Positions 47,452 through 58,343 of a stretch of 64,000 bases of DNA are shown here, in pieces (positions within the stretch are counted from its first letter, which is position 1; every line of letters starts with the position of its first letter). The notes under the pieces were generated by a model. The model had not been told where the DNA came from, searched no databases, and saw nothing but the letters and a program-made list of their open reading frames with translations. The position numbers and the translations under genes are program-made. The DNA is from Nitrosopumilaceae archaeon (GTDB lineage: Archaea > Thermoproteota > Nitrososphaeria > Nitrososphaerales > Nitrosopumilaceae): NCBI GenBank assembly GCA_965214835.1, contig CBDCCK010000002.1:32001-96000 (forward strand), in the 5' to 3' direction.

Positions 47452-47715
47452 CTATCCGCCGGCGACTGCGGGAATGCCGCATACCTGGCCGGACTTGTCG
47501 CGGACAAGCTCTGCGTCTTCTGGGACAAGCTGTCCTAGCAGGCAGCCGTACACCTCTCCGCCATATTTGACGAATACTGCGGCGGTGTTCTTTTTGAGTG
47601 TTGTACAATCCCCCGTCTTTAGGAGGGATGCGGCCTTTACGGTCCTGGCCGCCCCTGGAATCGACGTTCCGTCAAGGAACCTTCCGTCGTATTTTGCTAC
47701 TGTTTTCTGGGTCAT
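47452..47715 (-). CDS. 87-aa hypothetical protein, paralogue of 56557-56820
   Basis: FLDGT.IP...KNTAAVFV.Y.GEVYGCLL.QLVPE.AELVRD.SGQVCGIPAVAGG is shared. Confidence 0.75.
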   Translation of the reverse strand: MTQKTVAKYDGRFLDGTSIPGAARTVKAASLLKTGDCTTLKKNTAAVFVKYGGEVYGCLLGQLVPEDAELVRDKSGQVCGIPAVAGG

Positions 47716-47719
47716 TTTA

Positions 47720-48397
47720 TCATTCTCCCTTTCTGTCTTTTTTGCCGCGCATGCGCATGACGTCCCTGATGCGTCCGCTAGCAAGCATGCGCATCTCGTC
47801 ATCGGATATGACGGCATGATGCGAGTACAGGTACGCCGGCATCAGCCGCATGCCGTACCTGCGCGCAGCAGTCGCCCTGTGGCGTCCCTCGTGGCCGAAT
47901 ATGCGCCCGTCCTCGTCCATCATGAGGTACGGCGTGTCTATCGTCTGGCAGGCGCTCATCCTCTTGTAGAGCCTCTCGATGGTATGCTCGCGAAGGCTGG
48001 CAGTCCCGTGCGGATCGGCAAGCGATAAAAAGTCGCCGGGGCCGATGAGCATCACTGCGGCGCGCCCCTTGTAGGCGTCTGTCACAAAGCCCATGTTGTG
48101 GTCATCAAAGACCGTATACGGCGGGCCGCCTGCGATAAACGGCGAGAGCCACTGCCATCTTCCGGGCGTCCTCCCGGCGCGCCACCTGATCAGCGTCCGG
48201 ATGTTTCCGGCGCACATGGCGGCCATCCGCTGGACGGTATCATACTCGTCCAGGACGTCCTGTGCCGCAAGGCCTTGCCGGCCATAGTCGCCGTGGACAC
48301 CCTCCTCCTCCTCCATGCGGAGGATCTCGCGTATCACGGCCATTCCGTCCCGGCGCAGCACGGCAGGTGCCTGCATCGTAGATACCTGGCGCGTCAT
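47720..48397 (-). CDS. Protein with divergent ParB/Srx-like domain
   Basis: PYL..D...I.GHEGRHRA.AA...G...MP motif. Confidence 0.65.
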   Translation of the reverse strand: MTRQVSTMQAPAVLRRDGMAVIREILRMEEEEGVHGDYGRQGLAAQDVLDEYDTVQRMAAMCAGNIRTLIRWRAGRTPGRWQWLSPFIAGGPPYTVFDDHNMGFVTDAYKGRAAVMLIGPGDFLSLADPHGTASLREHTIERLYKRMSACQTIDTPYLMMDEDGRIFGHEGRHRATAARRYGMRLMPAYLYSHHAVISDDEMRMLASGRIRDVMRMRGKKDRKGE

Positions 48398-48812
48398 GGG
48401 GCCTCCGCCGCGGATTTCAGCTCTTCTGCCTCCGTCGTCTTGCCGTCGTTGAGGCGCTGTGCCATCGCGTCAAACCGCTCGCACAGCCCGTTGTATGGCT
48501 GGCTTCCAAGCCGCACGGAGTCGCTGGCCTTTACGGACTTTGAGCTCCTGATGCAGCCGGCAGTCCCCCTCATGAGGACAAGGCGGTAATAGTCCCGCCC
48601 CTCAAACCGGTAGTCAAACTCTGCCGATACATAGTATTTGCCGGGCGAGGATCTCATAGTCCCGCCGGCATCATGCTTTGTCTGGTTCATTGTGTCATCT
48701 CCTGTTTCTTGTTTTGTCCCGCCGGATGTGGTGATGGCGGGCCGGGTCCCCGGAGGCAGCCCGGCCGGGCGGCACTGCGGGATCCCCTGTCTGACGGTCA
48801 TGCCCGTCAATT

Positions 48813-50228
48813 CAGTAGTTCCTCGATGTACTTTTGCAGGCACGATAATTACGCAATTTGCCGAGATTTTTTGACCATCATACTATAGATCAGGCGGTGT
48901 GCCAACCATCATCATGATACCAACACAAAACGACGTGTTTGCACACCAGTTTGACATAACATCGAGACAGTTTAAAACATTGCGACGGCGGTTTCCCAAG
49001 CTCGGGCTGGCCGTCTCAAAGAGTCGCAACGCAGTGTATGACCACATCGACGCACTGCGCGTTCTATATTTCATGTCTGAGAGGAGGATGTTTGCAGAAT
49101 CTGCCGTGACGCACCTTCGCAGGCGGGCCTCAAAATGCAGCAGGCAGCAGCATGACGACGGGGCTGCCTCCAAGGGCGGCGCGTATAGTTGCCGTACGCC
49201 TAGTCCGGACTGGATCCTAAAGGCGATCCGGGGCGTCAGCCTGGATGATGCGCAAAAGTGGTGCAGCTCCATGCTGCAGCATACGGTAAGGTGCGCCCGC
49301 AGGTCAGGCATGCTGCACAACACGGACGTCGTGGCAGTGGACGTTACCGACGTGGAATACTATGGCAAGGGCCTGGAGGATATCGCCAGAAAGTCAAAGC
49401 CCAAGAACGGCACGTCGACGTTTCTCTCGCACATTACCATGCACGGAATAGGATCAGATGACGGGTCTGACCTCGTGCTTTCCTCGCTGCAGCTTCCAAA
49501 AGAGGCAAAACTGGCCGATTTCGTGCCTAAAATGATCCGCAAGGCGTCCAGATCAGGGATGAGGATCAAGACGTTCCTGTATGACCGCGGGTTCTTTAAC
49601 GTGGACTGCATGAGGGCTGCAGAAACAAGCACGGGCAGCTACATCATGCCTGCCGTCAAGAACAGGAGGATAGTGGCGGCAATAGAGGAGCATGACCGCG
49701 GAGAACGCGGTGCGGTATCAAAATATACAATGACCAACAAGGACGGCAAGAGCGCCACATTCAGGCTAGTCATTGTGGAAAAGGACGAGGTAGAAAAGGA
49801 CGGCACGGCAGCAGCAAAGAAGGACAAGGCAGAAGAGACCATAGCCGACAGGTATCTGGTCTTTGCCACCAACATGTCTGCTAAAAGTGCAGAGGCAGTC
49901 ATTGAGCAGATACCGGAGGAGTACCGCAGTCGGTGGGGAATCGAGACCGGGTTCAGGGTGATCAAGGGGATAATGGGCAAGACGTGCAGCAATTCCCCGG
50001 TCGTCAGGCTGCTGCTGTTCTATATGTCTGTCATACTGTACAACCTGTGGAGGACTGCCGTGTTCATAGACGTGGAATCCAAGTGGGACGGATTTGCAGG
50101 AGGGAAGGGGTTTACCATGATGCTGTTTGTCGCGTGCATTGTCGATGCGGCCGACTCGTTTGTAAACGATCGCGGAAAGTAGCGGAGGTGCCGTGTCGGG
50201 TCTGCAAAAGTACATCTAGGAAGTACTG
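48813..50228 (+). mobile_element. ISH3/IS4-type insertion sequence
   Basis: Imperfect ~33-bp terminal inverted repeats (CAGTA.TTCCT.GATGTACTTTTGCAG..) and a 4-bp AATT target duplication at 48809-48812 and 50229-50232. Confidence 0.92.
48899..50182 (+). CDS. tnp: DDE transposase (ISH3/IS4 family)
   Basis: VAVDVT...YYG, YDRGFF, YIMPA, FATN, Y..RWGIETGFR..K, LYNLW. Confidence 0.93.
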   Translation: MPTIIMIPTQNDVFAHQFDITSRQFKTLRRRFPKLGLAVSKSRNAVYDHIDALRVLYFMSERRMFAESAVTHLRRRASKCSRQQHDDGAASKGGAYSCRTPSPDWILKAIRGVSLDDAQKWCSSMLQHTVRCARRSGMLHNTDVVAVDVTDVEYYGKGLEDIARKSKPKNGTSTFLSHITMHGIGSDDGSDLVLSSLQLPKEAKLADFVPKMIRKASRSGMRIKTFLYDRGFFNVDCMRAAETSTGSYIMPAVKNRRIVAAIEEHDRGERGAVSKYTMTNKDGKSATFRLVIVEKDEVEKDGTAAAKKDKAEETIADRYLVFATNMSAKSAEAVIEQIPEEYRSRWGIETGFRVIKGIMGKTCSNSPVVRLLLFYMSVILYNLWRTAVFIDVESKWDGFAGGKGFTMMLFVACIVDAADSFVNDRGK

Positions 50229-50688
50229 AATTGGCGTATGTCTCATAGTACAGCTCCTGGGCGTCATGAATCTCGTCCTCTACAAAGTTCATGGTACGGA
50301 GGATGTCGGTGTTTGGTATGATCACCGCCCTGGCATCCTCCCTGAGCCCTGCTGCTAGCTTTTCCTCAGGCGATGCCGGGACGTACCCTGCAAACGCATC
50401 CTCCTCTTCCTTGCCGCCGCCGCCGGAGGTGATCTCGTGGATTACCTCGTATTTGCCGCAGGCGCGGCTGTTCTCCAGGTGATCCCCAAAGGAGAACCTG
50501 TCGCAGTCGATCTTGAAGAGGCGCGTGGTGCCGGGTATGGCATCATCAGGCCCAAAGAACACCGAGAGCCAGACGCGCCTCCCGTCGGTCTCCACGCACC
50601 GGAATCCGGTTCCGCCGTGCGCCAGATCGTCATATATCCCGCGTATCAGGGTGTCGATCTGCGAGTTTATCTCCACGATGTCGCTCAT
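50229..50688 (-). CDS. Acidic hypothetical protein whose stop codon was separated by the IS
   Basis: Removing the IS restores TAC GCC AAT TGA. Confidence 0.6.
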
Positions 50689-51867
50689 GGTGCGAGGCCT
50701 CCTGCCGGGCACGCCTCGGCGGCATCCTGCAGCGGCAGGCCGTCGCGGGGGGCAAAGACTGCCGAGGCGTACGCGTTGAGGTACGCATACTGCAGTCTCC
50801 TTGTGGGAAGGGCGTCCCTCACGCTGTCAGTCGCGACCAGCGCGTCGCGGAAGCTCTGCCTGTCGGCACCCGTCTCGCGTACCAGCCTCCTCAGCGTCTC
50901 CATCTGAGGCCTTGTGGGGGTGCGGTTGACGCGTATATCCCCGTCTAGGTCGACGACTGTCATGCGCGTCTGGTTCTCCGCAATCCAGGTGTTGCTCACG
51001 CCGAACTCGCGCCGCGCGCGTGCAAGGGCGCGGACGTTCATGGATGCCATGCGCCAGGCCCCGCCGAATATGCGGTCGGTGTTTTTTCCGGCGCGTATGA
51101 TGGAGCCGTCGGGCATCAGGATGAACCTCCGCGCGCTTCTGGCAGGCAGCCCCCTGCGTGCGGCGTACACTGCCACGGCGTCGGTGAGGTTGTCGGCATA
51201 GTTTGAGAGCGAGTCGTTTGCCCCCTCGATTTCCACAAAGTCCAGCGCCATGCTGTCGGGAAACTCGCCATTGCACGGCTGCCAGTCCAGGCCGAGCATC
51301 CGCGACATGCCGAACCTGGCCGCAAACCACAGGAACGACGGATCCCTTGCCGGGGTCCTGTCGCTTCCGCCAGAGTACATGGCCCTGACGTGCTCCGAGT
51401 TGACGTCCTCGGGCCCGCGCCAGAAGCCAGGTGGCCGCCTTTCGGCCATGTCCGCGGTCTCATAGCCCTCTATGTCGGCCATGCGCTCCACGTGATCAGG
51501 CGGGGAGTCACCCACGGGATCCGGAACATAGTCGTCGGTGTATCCCATCCTGGGCCACGCGCGGCTGCCGGATCTGAGATCCTTGCCGGTTATCGCGGCG
51601 TACCCGTCGTACATCTCCTCGGTCCAGTCGCCAATGCTGCCAACAACGAATGCGACCCCGCCACCGCCGCCGGTGCTGCGCCTCGTGACTATCCAGTCGT
51701 GGTGGTACCTGTGGTCCGCCTCGTCCCTGACATATACGGCGCCGCCGTACCTGCGGCTCCACCGCAGCGCGTTGGACATGTTGCAAAAGTGCAGCAGGTC
51801 GTCGCGGCCGTACAGCTGACAGTCGGACATCCTTGCCGGCAGGGAGCCCGTCTGAATCGCGCTCATT
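50685..51867 (-). CDS. Hypothetical protein
   Basis: Long ORF in the dominant strand, overlapping its neighbours. Confidence 0.55.
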
Positions 51868-51898
51868 CCGGCAGGCAGGCCGGCCATGGATGCCGGGC

Positions 51899-52270
51899 TC
51901 AAAGCCTGTCCATGCCGCGTACCGGTGACGGGGAGTCGGTATGCGTCTCGGGTATCTCGCCATCGGGCCACTCCCTCCGGGCCTTCTTGGCATCGATGAA
52001 CGCCAGGGCGTCGCAGTCCTCCTCCAGGTATGCATAGCCGCCGCTGCGGTAGCTGCACACGGACATCTTGTCACGGATGCCGAGCCTGTCAAGCTCGGCC
52101 AGCGGGACTCTGAGCCAGCCGTGTCCGGGATCCGTATACCAGATGTATCTGACGTCGTCCGGAGCCGTTTCCTCTTGGCGTACATTGGGTGCCCAGTCGT
52201 ACGGCGACAGATTGGTGCGGGTTATGACGAATCCGGAATCCCGGATCTGGCCGGGTGCAGGATCGGTCAT
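51899..52270 (-). CDS. Conserved phage/plasmid-type hypothetical protein
   Basis: DPGHGWL.V...L..LGI...S..SY....AYLEEDCDA motif, recognised from mobile elements. Confidence 0.7.
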   Translation of the reverse strand: MTDPAPGQIRDSGFVITRTNLSPYDWAPNVRQEETAPDDVRYIWYTDPGHGWLRVPLAELDRLGIRDKMSVCSYRSGGYAYLEEDCDALAFIDAKKARREWPDGEIPETHTDSPSPVRGMDRL

Positions 52271-52809
52271 TTCAGTTCCTCCAGGACAAAGCCGGCACCG
52301 TACCCCAGAAAGTGCTGGCACAGGAGCATTGCATCCTGCCAGTCATCCATGCCGCCGTCAGAGCCTATGCTGATGGCGTCTCCGAGATGGCGGTCTGCTA
52401 TTATCAGGCAGACCTTGACTGCAATGTCGTACGGCCGGCGTGCGGTCTTGCAGAACCTGAAGATCCTGCCGTTGTCGAGGCGCCTGGGATCTGACACGTC
52501 AGTCTTTTGCGCAAGCGCAAACGTCTCGTACGAGAGGTCGCCGTCACAGTCAGACTCCAGTATGCATCCGGCAGCCGTTCCCGGCCTTGGGGGCTCGTGT
52601 GGATGGACGCGCCGCCTGCTGCGCCCGTTGAACAGTACCTGCCCGCCTTGCCCGCCTCTTATGACAGGCCCGCCTTGCCCGTCGCCGCCGGCAAGATCAA
52701 CGCCGAGGTGCTCGATGGGGGCGGCCATGTCCTCAAAGTCGGCGGCAATCCTTGCAAACGCCGCCGGATCAAGCTCCGGCGCCACGCGCCAGTAGTGCGT
52801 GTATGCCAT
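52267..52809 (-). CDS. Conserved phage-type hypothetical protein
   Basis: M.YTHYW...FNG...ETF...FCKTAR.PYD.AV...SDG...W motif. Confidence 0.7.
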   Translation of the reverse strand: MAYTHYWRVAPELDPAAFARIAADFEDMAAPIEHLGVDLAGGDGQGGPVIRGGQGGQVLFNGRSRRRVHPHEPPRPGTAAGCILESDCDGDLSYETFALAQKTDVSDPRRLDNGRIFRFCKTARRPYDIAVKVCLIIADRHLGDAISIGSDGGMDDWQDAMLLCQHFLGYGAGFVLEELK

Positions 52810-53165
52810 GCCTATGACCGCCGTCCGGCAGTCGTGGCGGCAGTCGCTGCAATGTAGTGCAGGTACCACCTGCGCGCAGCTCCGATATCGTGGCCGCTGA
52901 TATAACAGCAGTCGTACGGTCTTTCCATTTCGTTGTGAATCATAGTTTGATCCTCCATTGTATGTTCCCATGTATCGCAGGCGGACATGTTCCTAGGCCC
53001 TCCTGCTCCTGTTCTTGCACCTGTTGCAGATGTTCATGCAGTGCGGCAGGCCGCCGTCGACGTATTCGTATTCCGTCATGCCGGCACCGCAGCATTCGGA
53101 CTTCCAGTCTGACGGGAGCCGCACGCTGCGGTCTACCGGCTGTATCTTCTCTAAATCAGTCGTCA

Positions 53166-55666
53166 TCAGTCACCGGCCTCCTCATCCAGCGAGACGTAGA
53201 CCAGCAGGATCATCGCAAGGATGCCGCCATCCGCTGGGGAATATACCCCGCTCTGCTGTACCGATATGATTTCTGACGGCATTATCTTTTTATTTTTCAA
53301 AAATTCATCAAGTTCTTCCACGGCTGACACTTCTACCCCGTCCCGGAACTGGATGGCGTGTGTGCGCTCTCTGGTGACCATCAGCAGTCTGCCTCCGGTA
53401 CGTCTGCAAACATTCGCAGGAGATCCTTGACGGGATCTTCCAGGATGTCAAAGTTGCATAATTCGATGTTCTCGATTATGCCTTCCAGGAGTTCGTATTT
53501 GGCAGTTGACGTCATGCCGTTCCAGTATTCAGCAAGCCTGTCAGTCAATCTCGGTCGTCCTGCTCCAAGGCTTCTGCCTGCATTACCTCACGTTGTGCAG
53601 CTTCCTGCGCAAGGGCTTCCCTCCGCGCCTCTTTTTCGCGCAGCGTTCGTACGTACTTTATCGTATTGTCTTCTGCCCTGACGTAATCTTTGATCTTGTG
53701 ATAAAGTACCTTGGCTTTACGGAATTCGCCGTTTGCTACCAGTCTTTCGAACCTCCTTCCCATCTCTGCGACGTCCGGGTATCTGCCCATCAGTTTGTAG
53801 TCTGCGCCGTCCTCCATCTCGAGGATCTCGCCGACTGCGCATGTCTCCCACTCCTCGGCCAGGCGGACGGCGTCACTGTATTCGCCAAATCCCTCCTTGC
53901 CATAGTCGGAGTCAGTCAGTCTCTCCAGTCTCTCCAGTCTTTGAATCCATTTCATTTCTCATCTCTCCTGTTCTCGTCAATCACCATTCGTCCGGTCTGC
54001 AGGGATCCGGCATTCTCAGGGACACGCGAGCATGCCACATGCCTTGGATCGGACATCAGTTGTCTACCGCCTTGTAGATTATGCATGCCTTGGATTTCCA
54101 GCCATTAACCCCGTGGATCCTCCAGCCGGGGATAGCGTCGGGTATGCGCGTGGACTCTGCCATGACGGTTACCGTGTCGTCGTTGATCATGGAGACCTTG
54201 GCGCCAGGGAATGCCGTGGCAAAGACTGCCTCAGTCGCGCGGTACTGCTCCTCTGCTTTTGCCTCTTCCTCCTGTTCTAGAAGGCCCGTGCAGTCGGGAA
54301 AGAATACCGTGGGCTGGCCGCCGGTGATCCTCGCGATTCTTTCCTTCGGTGTGGGATGATCCGGTACCATGTCTGCGGCAGCAGCAGCAGTAGTAGTAGC
54401 AGCAGTAGTAGTAGCATCATCCTTCTGTCCGTCACATGGTGCCTTTGCAACGTCGATGTCGTATCTTCCGCGGGCAAGCATGTCAACGACGATCGCGTTT
54501 GCCTCCTCCTCGGTGTACGCACAGACTGGAGGCAGGATTATTTTGACATTCCACTTTCTGTGACTCATGGCGTTATCAGCTCCCGTAGTTTCTGTCTTCT
54601 TTTGCAGGCATGGTACAGCTCAACTGTTGTCAACCTTGTACCCTTCCAGCTTTACGACCCAGTATATTCCGGTACGGTTCACAAGCCGCAGTCCGCGTGA
54701 GTATAGCGTGCCGTCGCCCTTATCGTCATCAGAATCCACCTGCGTATAGATCTGCCCGCCGGTCTTTTTGGCAAACTTTAGTACATCACGCGCAATCTCG
54801 TCATTGTGCCTGGGATCATCAAGGCCGAACTGATCGTCTGCGGTCCAGCTGATCGAGTCAAACTCGGAGATGGTAAGCTCGACTGGATACTCCTTGAGGG
54901 AGCCAGTCAGCGCCTTTATCGCAGAGTCCGCATCAGGATATGATTCTGCGATCTCGTCCTCGCCTTTCTGAAACCTGTCCTCTTTTAGTATTTTTGTCAT
55001 TTTTTCCATTTACCTCTTGCTACGTTCTCGGGAATCCTGCGGTCCTGCCGGATTGCCCAGCTTATCTGCAGGTCCGGATCCCACATTGCGGGATTTATGT
55101 TATACCAGTCCTGCGGAATCTCTACGTCCTTGTTGCAGTGCTGGCATCTCACACCGTGTATGATACCTGTGGCCCTGCCGTCGTACTCCTCAGAGTCTGC
55201 AATGTGGTCGCCGACGCTGCCGTCGGAATCCAGATGATAGTCATGCTCCTCTATATGGTACGTGTGCATGACAAACGAGGGCTCCCAGACGTCGCGGCCC
55301 GGGCATTCCTCGTTGTTGCACTGCAGCCTTGCGTTATTGGACATTTTTATGCCGTCCCTATGCGAGGTCTGCCTTCTCTGCAAGCGTCACCGGCTGGAAC
55401 AGCTCAGAGTCCGGCGGACAGTACTCCTTGCAGTGTTCTGCAAGGGACTCGGGACTCTCGATGACGGGCCTTTTGAGCTCGATAAAGTCGATCGAGGCAA
55501 ACTGGTCGTTGGTGGCCCTGGCCAGCGCATATGCCTGGCATACGGTAACCTTGAGGCACATCTTGCATGACTTGTGGTGCGATTTGCCGGGATTCACGTC
55601 TGCCATCTTGATATCTGTGGAAGGCATGTTACGCGCCCCTCCTGCCGTGGGCGGCAAATATGGCAT
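53166..55666 (-). CDS. Run of small hypothetical ORFs (53166-53381, 53545-53955, 54056-54568, 54620-55009, 54997-55383, 55358-55666)
   Basis: Same-strand short ORFs, several with RBS and coupled junctions. Confidence 0.5.
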
Positions 55667-56543
55667 CGACGCGCCTCATCTGCTCCATGGTGGAGCCAAA
55701 GCTTCCGCTGCCATGCGAGATGGCCTGCGTCAAATCGTTGAACACCTTCCACTGCGAGACCTTTTGCGTTATGGCTACCTTGTTGTTTTCCGGGTCGACT
55801 TCTATGTAGGGCAGCTTGCCATAGACGCGCTTTGGCATGTGGCTTACGACCTTTGCTGCCTGTTTTTCGAGAAGCTCGGCCTTTTTCATGGCGCGGTAGC
55901 TGCGGATGACGGCATCAGCAGACTTTATGACCTGCTTGATTGCCGGCAGGACGGTCTTCGTGTTCAGGGACTTTGTGTGTCTCTTGGAGACGGATGCCAG
56001 TGTCTGCGTCTTGTTCAGCCCGAGGTTTGCAGTTATCTTCTCGCCGTTTACCACCTTGAGCATTTTTTCAGAGTGGAGGTGCAGCATAAAGTTGCTGCAT
56101 ACCTCCCTGAAGGTAAAGATGGCAACACTGAAGGATCTCGAGCCGTCGATCGCGTTTCCGACGCTGTATCCCAGGTTCACGCGGTCGCCCTCGCCGGTTA
56201 TGTCCACGCCCTCGCGGAACGTGTACAGCGCCGACATGCTTGCAAGGTTCTTGCTTGCAAGGACGTGATCGTGTACCTCGTACCTTGAGAACCACTGGCG
56301 GTCATCAAAGACAAACGGTTTGGCGTCAAGCTTTTCTGCCATGCGGTCTGCCTTTTCTATGACCAGCTCGTTTGGAAGCACCTGGTACTTGTCTGAGAGA
56401 ATGGCGATGGGCTCGCCCTTTCTCTCTATAAACTGGTATTTGCCCCAGTCCTTGCCGTTTGCATGTATGCCGTACGTCTTGATTCCGTACTTGCGGAAGC
56501 TCTCCCTCCTCTTGATGGAGAGCCTGCTTCGTGTCTGTGACAT
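55629..56543 (-). CDS. DUF932-like phage/plasmid protein
   Basis: S.KY..LPN, N..DGS.SF, R.VCSN, RHT, W..FN.LT...SH pattern. Confidence 0.75.
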   Translation of the reverse strand: MSQTRSRLSIKRRESFRKYGIKTYGIHANGKDWGKYQFIERKGEPIAILSDKYQVLPNELVIEKADRMAEKLDAKPFVFDDRQWFSRYEVHDHVLASKNLASMSALYTFREGVDITGEGDRVNLGYSVGNAIDGSRSFSVAIFTFREVCSNFMLHLHSEKMLKVVNGEKITANLGLNKTQTLASVSKRHTKSLNTKTVLPAIKQVIKSADAVIRSYRAMKKAELLEKQAAKVVSHMPKRVYGKLPYIEVDPENNKVAITQKVSQWKVFNDLTQAISHGSGSFGSTMEQMRRVDAIFAAHGRRGA

Positions 56544-56556
56544 GCCTACAGGAGGG

Positions 56557-56820
56557 TTATCCGCCGGCAACTGCGGGAATCCCGCATACCTGGCCGGAAT
56601 CGTCCCGGACAAGCTCCGCATTCTCCGGGACAAGCTGTCTTAGCAGGCAGCCGTACACCTCTCCGCTGTATCTTACGAAGACGGCAGCCGTGTTTTTTCT
56701 GAGTGACTCTTCCTTCTTTTGCAGAAGAGAGTCTGCCCTGACCGTTCTTACGGTCTGGGGGATTGTCGTTCCGTCAAGGAAACTTTTGTTGTATCTTGAT
56801 ATGGTTTTTTGTTGGATCAT
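56557..56820 (-). CDS. 87-aa hypothetical protein, paralogue of 47452-47715
   Basis: High similarity, including the upstream GGAGAATGATAAAATGA leader. Confidence 0.75.
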   Translation of the reverse strand: MIQQKTISRYNKSFLDGTTIPQTVRTVRADSLLQKKEESLRKNTAAVFVRYSGEVYGCLLRQLVPENAELVRDDSGQVCGIPAVAGG

Positions 56821-56844
56821 TTTATCATTCTCCTTTTTGTCTCT

Positions 56845-57240
56845 GTCTTCTGGACCGCACGGTTCCCGTGCGGCCGTACATCACGGATCTGAACTTCCGG
56901 TGCGTCCGGATGCAGATCCGATAGGCCCTCTTGGTGGCCTCGTCGTTCGTATGCAGCATTGCCAGTATGATATGCACGCATCCAAGGCTTGCCAAAACAT
57001 GCAGTATACGAACCATTATGGACACCTTGACTGCGTACGCGCCGGAGGGCGGGGCTGGCCCCAGTCCGTCAAGCGTGCAGCGCGTCGAGTCTTTGGCATG
57101 CATATATGACTCGCGGCCCCTGAATCCGGCCTTTAAGTAAAGACGCCTCAGAAGCGGCACGCGGCCGGCTGCCGCAAGCGCGTCAAGTATGCTGGCAATC
57201 AGGATGGCAGGCAGCGCCATCTATGACGCGCCTCCGAGTC
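56845..57240 (-). ncRNA. Large structured RNA candidate (~400 nt)
   Basis: At least eight stems plus long-range complementarity between 56958-56968 and 57189-57199. Confidence 0.55.
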
Positions 57241-57254
57241 TGGCAGCGAACCTG

Positions 57255-57926
57255 TTATGCATCACGGGATGCCGGGGCCTCGCGGGCCAGGTGGATGACG
57301 TGCTTTGCGCACATGCCGTCAAGCTGGCCCATGAACACGCCGTCTTTGGGATCCGGGTTGAGAAGGAACATCATCTTTGCGATGATGGTCATCGTTACCG
57401 CGTTTATCTTGACGTTAGTGCCATCTGCAAGCCCGATCCGGTTCTGCGCGCCATCGGTCCTGGCCACGAGGCACAGGTGGAGCCACGCGCTCCCGTCCCT
57501 GCGCCAGGACACGCCGTGGGAATCGACGCGGAACAGGTCGTCTATCTCGTAGCCGTCGCCGACGTGGTTGACGCGCCCCGGAAACGATCTGGCAACGATA
57601 TCTATGACTTCGGCCTGCATCTTGGCGTCGTACCACTTCTCAAACAGGTCGGCATACTGCTCGGAGCCGCCGGACTGGATTGCCCGGGCGATGCCGTCGC
57701 CGTCGGCTATCTGTATCTGCCGGCCGTGCAGCCAGCAGTTGAACACGCCGTCGTCATACGTCTCCTTTACGGCCCCGACCCCAAAGTCATAGAATATCCT
57801 GTTCCCCGAATAGTGCCTTATGCGGAGAACGTGGTATGCGGTCTTTGGGATTGTTGTAACGCCATTACTGTCCTGGATTATGAGGAGGTCGTCGCGCTCC
57901 TCAAGGATTACGGTGTTACAGTCCAA
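57255..57926 (-). CDS. Hypothetical protein
   Basis: 223-aa ORF abutting the upstream gene. Confidence 0.6.
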   Translation of the reverse strand: MDCNTVILEERDDLLIIQDSNGVTTIPKTAYHVLRIRHYSGNRIFYDFGVGAVKETYDDGVFNCWLHGRQIQIADGDGIARAIQSGGSEQYADLFEKWYDAKMQAEVIDIVARSFPGRVNHVGDGYEIDDLFRVDSHGVSWRRDGSAWLHLCLVARTDGAQNRIGLADGTNVKINAVTMTIIAKMMFLLNPDPKDGVFMGQLDGMCAKHVIHLAREAPASRDA

Positions 57927-58343
57927 CTATTTCACCACAAAGGCGCCGCCGTCAGGAGCACTATTCTCTGCAGGGCACCGGGCAGGCGAGTCGACAGTAT
58001 CCTTCTTGTGCAGGACTATCCGGTCGTCGGTGGCAGTGCACCTGGTGCAGACGTCATAGTAGCAGCCCCCGGGGCCGCCGGACTTTATCCTTTGTAGCAG
58101 GGCAATCAGGCCGTCAATGTCTTGTGCCGACAGGCTGAATCCCTTGGTCTTGCGTATCCCGACGTCGTTTTTGCCGGTGCGCTTGTCGCTTCCAAGGCGG
58201 TAGGTCGTATTGATATAGTACTGCCTGCCGTCTATCTTGGGGCCGGTCATCTCCGAGACGGTAAGAACCGTGTCTGCAAGATGCCGGAGGCCCATTATCT
58301 CTCGTATTGCGAATCTATAGTCTTCCATCGCGTATACCTCCAA
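57927..58343 (-). CDS. Possible PC4/YdbC-like ssDNA-binding protein
   Basis: KGFSLS...IDGLI.LL motif after a beta-rich segment. Confidence 0.45.
   Translation of the reverse strand: MEVYAMEDYRFAIREIMGLRHLADTVLTVSEMTGPKIDGRQYYINTTYRLGSDKRTGKNDVGIRKTKGFSLSAQDIDGLIALLQRIKSGGPGGCYYDVCTRCTATDDRIVLHKKDTVDSPARCPAENSAPDGGAFVVK

Noticed and set aside
46415-48028. Long plus-strand ORFs in the 36-64 kb region (for example 537 aa)
   Set aside because: They are antisense shadows of GC-rich minus-strand genes that have RBSs, coupling and recognisable motifs.
56850-56880. Group II intron domain V
   Set aside because: The hairpin lacks the 34-nt D5 geometry with an AC bulge, and there is no RT/maturase gene or intron boundary.
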